Shown: one piece after another, positions 19,271 through 26,222 of the stretch
Numbering within the stretch: position 1 is the first letter of the stretch
Layout: each line of letters starts with the position of its first letter
DNA from: Candidatus Caccoplasma intestinavium
GTDB lineage: Bacteria; Bacteroidota; Bacteroidia; Bacteroidales; UBA11471
Length of the DNA stretch: 64,000 bases
Reading direction: 5' to 3'
Assembly (NCBI GenBank): GCA_018715885.1
Contig: DVKT01000063.1
Location: 15,223 to 79,222 of the forward strand
The notes under the pieces: model-generated
Told to the model about the DNA's origin: nothing
Databases searched by the model: none
Seen by the model: the letters and a program-made list of their open reading frames with translations, nothing else
Position numbers and translations under genes: made by a program

Positions 19271-21550
19271 ATGAAGAAAATTACTTTTTTAGTAGCGGCT
19301 GTTCTTGCTTCGGCAGGTATGTCCGCGCAAACTGTTCAGAAATGGGCGGCAATGAACGACCCGGATTCAGAAGGGTTGCTGTTCCCGTGGAATACGACTT
19401 TCCAAGCTTGGATCGGAGCCGACGAGAATCCCGATGAGCCGGATGCTCAATCATTCGTGAGTGGCAATATCGCATTGTTCAATGACGAAGTGTATAATGT
19501 TCTCACCAATCCCGATTTTGGGATGAATACCGATTCTCCTGCGATTACGGTAGGGACAGGATTGGAACTCGGCGGAATCCAAGTCGACAACTCTAAAGTT
19601 ACGTATACGTTCTCTCCCGAGTCGGAATCGGTGGCTTTCAATGCGGCAGCCACAGCAACCGATGCTGCTTTGACCAAATCGGGCGACGGAACTTTGTATA
19701 CCGATGTCGTAAATAACTTGCCTGGCGGAACCGTGATAAAAGGCGGTACGGTAGCTCGTAAGTCGAAATCGTCTATTGCTACGACTGTTTTCGGTAAGAA
19801 AGTTACTATTGAAGGTGAGGGTACTGTCGATTTAGGTAGTATGGGCAGCGACTATGCTGCTTTCGGTGCCGATGTCAACATTACCGACGGTTCTACGTGG
19901 AATTTTTATCCCTCTCGTTATACCTATATGACGAGTGATACCAATATTTATGTTACCGGAAACGGTACTATAAATGTTTATTCTCGGGGTGAACGTGTAT
20001 TCTTGTCTGGTGCAAAAAATGCTCATCCTGCCGATTTCTCGGGATTTACAGGCAAGCTTAATATCTTTAAAGCCGATGATACCGCCTCTGGTTTGAACGG
20101 TATAATTTTCCCGGCAGAGTCTGCAAAAGGAACTTCTGCTTCGAGAGCGTTTTATGCTAAGCTCGATGGCGACTCTTTGCTTTATAATGTTTGGAAGAAT
20201 GACAAGCTCCTTCTCGACAGCTTGTTCTACAATTGGACAGGAATAGAATTGCTTATTGGTGAAGGAGCCTCCGTAATGTGTGAATCGGCCGGTGGAACTC
20301 CCAATGTGGCTATGGTGGCAGTAAAGAGCCTCAATGTAGACAAAAAAGGTATCGTTGCCGGTTATTATAAAGACTCCAATCCTCAGTTGGTTCTTCTTTT
20401 TGGCCGCGACGGTAAAGACAGCCATATCGATGGTACCATTACTGCTGCGACAAAAGGAAATAAACCTTATCGTGAAGACGGTGTAGGGCTTATCAAAGAA
20501 GGTACAGGAACGACCTATATTACTGCTCCCGATAACCAGATTTTCTTGGGTATGGAAGTATGGGAAGGCCGTGTGCTCTTCAATAACCCCGATCCTCAAA
20601 ACACGACGGCTACGGGACAAAATAAAGTATCGAGCAACAATGTGGTAACTTGTCGTCCGACCGGAACAATCGGCGGGTTCGGAACAATCGGTGGTCATAC
20701 CGCTCTTTACGGAACCATGCAACCCGGTAGCGATGCCGTAGATACACTTAGAATCAATGCTGCCAATGCAATTGTCGTTTATGATACGGACAATAAAGGA
20801 ATTTATTCTGAGGCTACCGGTATGAAGATTGCCGCAAGAGAATCTGGTTCGGCCGCTAATTTGCTCCTCTACAACGGTGCAAATATCGAGTTCGAAATCA
20901 TCGACAAAGATAAACACGACGTAGTTGCTGTAGAAAACGAAATCCGCGTTTACAGCGATACCGAAGCCGGAACAGATGCTAAGATCAACATCAAACTTGC
21001 TCCGCGCGACAAATGGTCGGTAGCCGAAGGCGATGAAATCGTCCTCATGCAAGCCGATACCATCAGAAGCTACGTCGATGGCGTAACCGATGAGAATTGC
21101 TTCAATTTGATTGTAGACGATGCTTTCAACGGCGCAACGTTCGAATTGCAATCTGTAAAAGTTCCTGCTGAGACCAAAACGGAATATGATCCGATCAAAG
21201 GCGAAAATGTAACGACCGTTATTGCTCCTGCTCAATACAAGTTGGTGGCCAAATGTACGAAAGCCGGTAATGGTGAGGCAGAACCCGATGCTATCGAAAG
21301 CGTAGATGCCGACAATAGCAACTTGCAGGTATATCCCAATCCTGCCCGTGGCGGAAATGTTACGATTGCCGTAGCTGCCGGTGAAGTGGCAAACGTGGCC
21401 GTATATAACTCGGCTGCTCAGTTGGTGAAATCGGTTGCTACCGCTGAATCGACTTTGACGCTCGATGTTTCGGATTTGCAAGCCGGTATCTATTATGTTC
21501 GCGTAACGACGGCCGACAAGGCTTATACGCAAAAACTCATCGTTGAGTAA
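19271..21550 (+). CDS. Secreted repeat protein of unknown function: autotransporter-type beta-strand (PATR-like) repeats plus a T9SS C-terminal sorting domain
   Basis: Signal peptide MKKITFLVAAVLASAGMSAQ. PATR-like segments: LTKSGDGTLYTDVVNNLPGGTVIKGGTV, LIKEGTGTTYITAPDN...VWEGRVLF, GTIGGFGTIGGHTALYGTMQPGS. The C-terminal 75 aa, LQVYPNPARGGNVTIAV...LQAGIYYVRVTTADKAYTQKLIVE, match the T9SS CTD pattern. Confidence 0.75.
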   Translation: MKKITFLVAAVLASAGMSAQTVQKWAAMNDPDSEGLLFPWNTTFQAWIGADENPDEPDAQSFVSGNIALFNDEVYNVLTNPDFGMNTDSPAITVGTGLELGGIQVDNSKVTYTFSPESESVAFNAAATATDAALTKSGDGTLYTDVVNNLPGGTVIKGGTVARKSKSSIATTVFGKKVTIEGEGTVDLGSMGSDYAAFGADVNITDGSTWNFYPSRYTYMTSDTNIYVTGNGTINVYSRGERVFLSGAKNAHPADFSGFTGKLNIFKADDTASGLNGIIFPAESAKGTSASRAFYAKLDGDSLLYNVWKNDKLLLDSLFYNWTGIELLIGEGASVMCESAGGTPNVAMVAVKSLNVDKKGIVAGYYKDSNPQLVLLFGRDGKDSHIDGTITAATKGNKPYREDGVGLIKEGTGTTYITAPDNQIFLGMEVWEGRVLFNNPDPQNTTATGQNKVSSNNVVTCRPTGTIGGFGTIGGHTALYGTMQPGSDAVDTLRINAANAIVVYDTDNKGIYSEATGMKIAARESGSAANLLLYNGANIEFEIIDKDKHDVVAVENEIRVYSDTEAGTDAKINIKLAPRDKWSVAEGDEIVLMQADTIRSYVDGVTDENCFNLIVDDAFNGATFELQSVKVPAETKTEYDPIKGENVTTVIAPAQYKLVAKCTKAGNGEAEPDAIESVDADNSNLQVYPNPARGGNVTIAVAAGEVANVAVYNSAAQLVKSVATAESTLTLDVSDLQAGIYYVRVTTADKAYTQKLIVE

Positions 21551-21572
21551 TCCGACGATTGTTTGATATAGG

Positions 21573-21603
21573 AGAGGGGCGCATTTGTGCGCCCCTCTTT
21601 TTT
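21573..21603 (+). terminator. Strong intrinsic terminator after the T9SS repeat protein
   Basis: GC-rich 11-bp stem AGAGGGGCGCA / TGCGCCCCTCT, a 4-nt loop and a run of T residues. Confidence 0.85.
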
Positions 21604-22056
21604 GTCATTCCGAGCGTATGCGAGGAATCCCCAAAATACCCTGTCATGCTGAGCAACAGCGAAGCATCTCACCCTCAACGCTTCTATCCAAGAGGTTTTT
21701 CACTTTGCTCGTACTTTCTTGGTAGGAGATTCTTCCTCCCTATGGTCGTCAGAATGACAGTCGTGTCATTCCGAGCGTATGCGAGGTTTTTGTCCGCTTA
21801 TCATTCCGAATGAATATGAGGAATCTTCTGCAATTTGTTTGAGATTCTTCATTCCGCTCATGCTGCATTCAGAATGACAATAATGTCATTCCGAACCGAG
21901 ACTTGTGGTCGAGTGTGAGGAATCTCCACCGTCCTATTCGTAACGGTGGAGATTGTACTCTCGCTTGGCGGGAGATTTTTCAAAGCAAAGCCTTTCAGAA
22001 TGACATGCGTTTGGGTAAGGTTTTTTTTACTTCGCTACGTTCTATTCATAATGACA
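21602..22056. repeat. Repeat cluster C: about 10 units of the palindromic family, with modules shared with clusters A (direct) and B (inverted) in a different order
   Basis: Read directly, e.g. GTCATTCCGAGCGTATGCGAGGAATCCCC (21604-), GAGATTCTTCATTCCGCTCATGCTGCATTCAGAATGACA and GTCATTCCGAACCGAGACTTGTGGTCGAGTGTGAGGAATCTCC. Confidence 0.85.
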
Positions 22057-22311
22057 AGAATATCGGTAATTCGATAAAAATCATTTAATAAAGTTTGTCT
22101 ATCAATATTTGCAGTCGAATGAGAGGTAATATTTTGTTTATTTGTAACCTCTAATGCCTCGTATTCTTTGATGTACCATGAAAACAATCCTTTGAATTTT
22201 CATTTTATCCGTCATAAGAATTGCCTTCATCGGACATTTTCTCCGGAAAAAGGGAGAGTGTCGGGGATTATTTGTATTTGAGATGTTATAAACCTAAAAT
22301 AACTTATACAC

Positions 22312-25185
22312 ATGAAAAGAATTTTACTAACATTTTGCATGGCATTTGCTTGCCTTGCCGGGGCGGTGGCCGATGAGCTGATCGCATTCCCGGGAGCGGA
22401 AGGTTACGGCCGTTTTGCACGAGGTGCGCGCGCGGGAGAAAATCCGACGGTATACCATGTAACCAATCTCAATGACTCGGGAAAGGGATCTTTACGTGAT
22501 GCTGTCAGTCAACCTAATCGCATTGTTGTTTTTGATGTGGCAGGTGTAATTCGAATTAAAAGTCCTCTTGTGTTTTCCAAGAATCTGACAATTGCCGGGC
22601 AGACGGCTCCCGGTAGTGGTATTGTCATTTACGGAGAACGCACTTCGTTTTCCGGAGCCAGCGATATTATCGTCCGTTATCTGCGTATCCGTATGGGAAT
22701 GAGTGGTCGCGGACAAAATGATGCCGCTGGTATAGCCAACGGTTCCAATATGATATTTGACCATTGTTCCATTTCATGGGGAAAAGATGAGACATTCTCG
22801 ATCAATTCCGACGGTAAGAACGGTGGAGTAGGAAATATCACAATTCAAAAAACCATTATGAGCCAAGGCCTTTTGCCTCACTCGGCCGGTGGTCTTTGCC
22901 AACCGACCAATACTGTGGGTGGGGTAACGCTTTACCGAAATCTCTATGCCGATAATAATACCCGTAACCATAAGGTGAAAGGTCTTAACCAGTACATCAA
23001 CAATGTGGTGTATAACTGGGGTAGCGGTGGCGGTTACAACCTCGGTGGTGATTCCGAAGGACGTATTTGGGCCGATGTACAGTCTAACTATTTTATCCAA
23101 GGCCCGAATTCCGGAGGAAATGGGGTCGGTTCGGGAAATCAGTTGACGACCGTTTACCAGCGCGGAAACAAAACCGATATGTCGAGGGATGGTGTCCTTA
23201 ACGGTCGTGATATGGACGAGAACGATTTCGCCCGTGCGACCCGTGTTGATTCGTTTGAAGACTTGTTGCAAAGCGAAGAATATCCTTCGGAACATCCTCA
23301 TGCTCCTATTGCTTCGATGTCAATGACGGCCGAGGAGGCATATCAGTGGGTCGTTGATAGTGTTGGTGCCTGTTTGCCCGATCGGGATGAAGTCGATGAA
23401 TACGTCATCGATGAATTGCGTTCTTTGGGAAATAAAGGCGTGATTATTTCGAGTGAATCAGTATTGGGATTGGTAAACGGTGTAGGAAATATCTACAACG
23501 CTCCGAAACCGTTGGATACCGATAACGACGGTATGCCCGATGAGTGGGAAAAGGCCAATGGATTGGATCCGAATGATGCAACCGATGCTGTGAAAGTGGC
23601 TGCTAACGGTTACCTCAATATCGAAAATTATATCAACAGCATACCTGCTTCGCCTGTTCCTTTCTTGAAATATCCGGTGGAAATCCTTGCCAAGTCGCTG
23701 GGTACCGACAGTATTACGGTGGCTTTTGAGTGCCACGAAAAAGCCACCGGAGCAAAAATCCGCGTAGAAGTGATGCCTGAGGGCGGAGAATATACAACCG
23801 TCGAAACAATCGGTACCGACGTTACTTCTTACACGGTGAAAGGGCTCTCGGAGAAAACGAATTATACGCTGCGCTTCACGACCTTTACCGACGATATGGC
23901 GTCGCTCCCCGCAGAGTTTTCTTTCCGGACCAAAGGTGCCCCGGGCGAACCCGACCTCTCGACCGATCCCATTCCCGCAAATGGTGAAACAATCGCCGAA
24001 TATACGACGGTAACGCTTAAATTCTCAAACGAAGTAACGGGTCGTCCTTATTATTACGTATATGTAGGCACATCGCCCGATCGCCTCGATTCTGTGGCTA
24101 CGGTACGTAGCAGATCGTACACGATGGACGTAGAGCCGAATACTACCTATTATTGGAGAATCGATGTGGAGAATACTTACGGCAGAACGCAGGGAGAGGT
24201 GTGGAACTTCACGACCGGACAAGAACCCGTGCGTACGAAAGTCGCTTATTTCGCGTTTGACGAAACATCGGGTTCTACGGCCGTAAATGTGCCTACCGGT
24301 GAAGAAATCATGGCCAATGATGCCACTCCTTACGGTTCGTATGTTCCGGTATGGGGTGAGGGTAAAATCAATGGTGCCATACTTTTCGATGCCGCCAATA
24401 CGACCGACGGTATGATTGTTCCTTCGTATGACGAAATCGTATTTGAGAGTGCTCCGTTCTCGTATGAGTTGTGGTTCAAGTCGACTGCCGGTAATAGCTC
24501 GCAGAGCCGTTATCTCTTGCACAAAGGTAGTCATAAGTCGGACGGTGATAGAAATACCGGAAAGTGGTTCGGTCTCGAATATAAGAAAGGTACTCTTTAT
24601 TTTGGTGTAGATGACGATGTAACCAAATCGTTGGCAGAGGTTTCCGCAACTTCTTATTTCGACGGAAACTGGCATCATGTGGTTGCCGTGCGTGATGTCG
24701 AGAATGCAAAACTTCTCCTCTACATCGACGGTGAACTCAAAGCCTCTGCCAATGATGCTACCGGTGCTATCGATGGAAGCGAAGCTTTGGTTATCGGTAA
24801 TGTCAATGTCAATTTCGATTCTCCATTTATCGGTTCTATCGATGAATTCACGCTTTATAACGACGCTCTCACCGAGCTCGAAATCAAGTCGAAGTATGAG
24901 CACGGTGTAACGGCTATCGAAGAAATAGCTGCTCAGGAAAGAGAAGATGTGGTTGTTTATCCCAATCCTTTCAAGGATCGTTTCACGGTAACTCTGCCGC
25001 AAAGTACGGGAACTGTCAAAGTGGAAATTTACAGTCTGTCGGGTGCTCTCGTTTACAGCAACGACTTGACCGTTTCGGGCGGTATGGTCGAAGTCAAAGG
25101 TCTCGATGACCTGCCTGCCGGTGTTTATAACTGCGCTGTTATTGCCGACGATACGACCCGCACGGCTCGTATGATGAAATATTAA
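22312..25185 (+). CDS. Multidomain PL1-type pectate lyase: PL1 - Asp-rich Ca-binding-like linker - FN3-like x2 - LamG/ConA-like - T9SS CTD
   Basis: N-terminal FPGAEGYGRFARGAR...VYHVTNLNDSGKGSLRDAV and LTIAGQTAPGSGIVIYG, RYLRIRMG (PL1 beta-helix pattern). DTDNDGMPDEWEKANGLDPND linker. FN3-like segments. LamG-like WHHVVAVRD...LLLYIDGEL...IDEFTLYN. C-terminal VVVYPNPFKDRFTVTL...LPAGVYNCAV CTD. Confidence 0.8.
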   Translation: MKRILLTFCMAFACLAGAVADELIAFPGAEGYGRFARGARAGENPTVYHVTNLNDSGKGSLRDAVSQPNRIVVFDVAGVIRIKSPLVFSKNLTIAGQTAPGSGIVIYGERTSFSGASDIIVRYLRIRMGMSGRGQNDAAGIANGSNMIFDHCSISWGKDETFSINSDGKNGGVGNITIQKTIMSQGLLPHSAGGLCQPTNTVGGVTLYRNLYADNNTRNHKVKGLNQYINNVVYNWGSGGGYNLGGDSEGRIWADVQSNYFIQGPNSGGNGVGSGNQLTTVYQRGNKTDMSRDGVLNGRDMDENDFARATRVDSFEDLLQSEEYPSEHPHAPIASMSMTAEEAYQWVVDSVGACLPDRDEVDEYVIDELRSLGNKGVIISSESVLGLVNGVGNIYNAPKPLDTDNDGMPDEWEKANGLDPNDATDAVKVAANGYLNIENYINSIPASPVPFLKYPVEILAKSLGTDSITVAFECHEKATGAKIRVEVMPEGGEYTTVETIGTDVTSYTVKGLSEKTNYTLRFTTFTDDMASLPAEFSFRTKGAPGEPDLSTDPIPANGETIAEYTTVTLKFSNEVTGRPYYYVYVGTSPDRLDSVATVRSRSYTMDVEPNTTYYWRIDVENTYGRTQGEVWNFTTGQEPVRTKVAYFAFDETSGSTAVNVPTGEEIMANDATPYGSYVPVWGEGKINGAILFDAANTTDGMIVPSYDEIVFESAPFSYELWFKSTAGNSSQSRYLLHKGSHKSDGDRNTGKWFGLEYKKGTLYFGVDDDVTKSLAEVSATSYFDGNWHHVVAVRDVENAKLLLYIDGELKASANDATGAIDGSEALVIGNVNVNFDSPFIGSIDEFTLYNDALTELEIKSKYEHGVTAIEEIAAQEREDVVVYPNPFKDRFTVTLPQSTGTVKVEIYSLSGALVYSNDLTVSGGMVEVKGLDDLPAGVYNCAVIADDTTRTARMMKY

Positions 25186-25202
25186 TAAACCTCATTCTGT
25201 GC

Positions 25203-25232
25203 AAAAAGGATACCTTTCAGGGTATCCTTTTT
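25203..25232 (+). terminator. Intrinsic terminator after the pectate lyase
   Basis: AAAAAGGATACC-TTTCAG-GGTATCCTTTTT: perfect 12-bp arms that include the A/T runs. Confidence 0.75.
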
Positions 25233-25248
25233 GCGTAATTTTATCGAT

Positions 25249-26046
25249 ATGAAAAAAATTGCGATTGTTTTGGGGCTTCTTGTGGCGGCGCAGTCGTTCT
25301 GCCCCTCCGAAGCGTATGCCCGGAAAGAAAAGAAAGATAAGAAGACACTCGTTTACGTGATCGGCGACTCGACCGTGAAAAACGGTCAGGGCCGTGGCGA
25401 CCGGGGACAGTGGGGCTGGGGCAGCTTCATCGGAGAGTATTTCGATGATGCGAAAGCCGAAGTCCGCAACCGGGCCATCGGAGGCCGTAGCAGCCGCACC
25501 TTCATTACCGAGGGGCGGTGGGACGTCGTATGCGATTCGTTGCGGAAAGGCGATTATGTCATTATACAATTCGGCCATAACGACGGGGGAGAACTCTTTG
25601 CCGGAAATCGTCCCCGGGCCTCGCTAAAAGGATTTGACGACAGGGATACGACCGGTGTTGTGGAGATGACCGGTCGGGAAGAGACCGTCTTGACTTATGG
25701 CGCCTATTTGCGTAAGTATATCGACGATGCCCGTGCGAAAGGCGCGCAGCCTATACTTTGTACGCTGATACCTCGTAACCGTTGGAAAAACGGGAAGGTG
25801 ATGCGCGACACGGCTCATGCCGTATGGGCTCGCCGGGTAGCCGAGGAGGAAGGTGTTCCCTGCATCGACCTGAATACGTTGATTGCCGATATATACGACG
25901 AGATGGGGCAGGAAGCTGTGAAGGCTTGCTTTACCGATGCCGACTGGACGCATACCTCGGAGAAAGGTGCGCGTATCAACGCCGAGGTCGTTGCCGGACA
26001 GATCGCGCAACTGAAAGGTTGTAAATTGAAAAAATTGCTCGAATAA
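25249..26046 (+). CDS. CE12 rhamnogalacturonan acetylesterase (RhgT-like SGNH hydrolase)
   Basis: SGNH blocks VIGDSTV, AIGGRSSRTF, FGHNDGG and DWTHTSEKGA. Signal peptide MKKIAIVLGLLVAAQSF. The TTG extension from 25231 was trimmed to ATG 25249. Confidence 0.85.
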   Translation: MKKIAIVLGLLVAAQSFCPSEAYARKEKKDKKTLVYVIGDSTVKNGQGRGDRGQWGWGSFIGEYFDDAKAEVRNRAIGGRSSRTFITEGRWDVVCDSLRKGDYVIIQFGHNDGGELFAGNRPRASLKGFDDRDTTGVVEMTGREETVLTYGAYLRKYIDDARAKGAQPILCTLIPRNRWKNGKVMRDTAHAVWARRVAEEEGVPCIDLNTLIADIYDEMGQEAVKACFTDADWTHTSEKGARINAEVVAGQIAQLKGCKLKKLLE

Positions 26047-26084
26047 CCTCTTTCCTGCGGGCTTTTTTCGGGAATGACTCACAT

Positions 26085-26125
26085 CAAGATATTCGGGATT
26101 TGTTGTTTCGGATATCTTGTTTTTA
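26085..26125 (+). terminator. Terminator-like hairpin after CE12
   Basis: Arms CAAGATAT(TCG) / (CGG)ATATCTTG followed by GTTTTT. The stem is imperfect beyond 8 bp. Confidence 0.5.
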
Positions 26126-26160
26126 TGTGGAAGGGATAGCGCTTTTGAAAGAAAAAACGT

Positions 26161-26168
26161 ATCTTTGG
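26161..26168 (+). promoter_or_regulatory. Candidate -7 box (TATCTTTG) for the GH2-GH106 module
   Basis: Exact TAnnTTTG match 55 nt upstream of ATG 26223. It lies inside the ORF-track 5' extension (26100), supporting the shorter start. Confidence 0.4.
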
Positions 26169-26222
26169 CTGATTCTCTTTTTCCGAGAGATCTCCCGAAC
26201 GAAGATTATAGAATATTTAGTT

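Noticed and set aside
19832-21532. A 566-aa antisense ORF inside the T9SS repeat-protein gene, and similar long antisense ORFs elsewhere (58957-60411, 38120-39433, 17818-19071, 54281-55507, 43604-44755, 32174-33256, 45675-46745, 1189-2220). These might suggest overlapping genes.
   Set aside because: Each lies entirely within a sense-strand gene that has strong family motifs, a signal peptide and sensible operon context. The antisense translations are Arg/Ile/Gly-rich and have no motif, no signal peptide and no start context. The phenomenon is window-wide, which fits codon-usage-driven depletion of stop codons on the opposite strand rather than real genes.
10667-22056. The repeat clusters considered as CRISPR arrays or as transposon/MITE ends.
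   Set aside because: The units vary in length and orientation. There is no constant repeat/spacer periodicity and no cas genes. No transposase or integrase and no target-site duplications were seen, so I call them REP/BIME-like intergenic repeats only.
26100-26222. N-terminal extensions in the ORF track, here and at 1225, 2093, 4822, 4882, 11110, 12148, 14107, 25231, 53102 and 58039.
   Set aside because: The extensions start at GTG/TTG or upstream ATG codons, run through terminators or promoter boxes, and precede an internal ATG followed by a canonical signal peptide or lipobox. The shorter starts were adopted.
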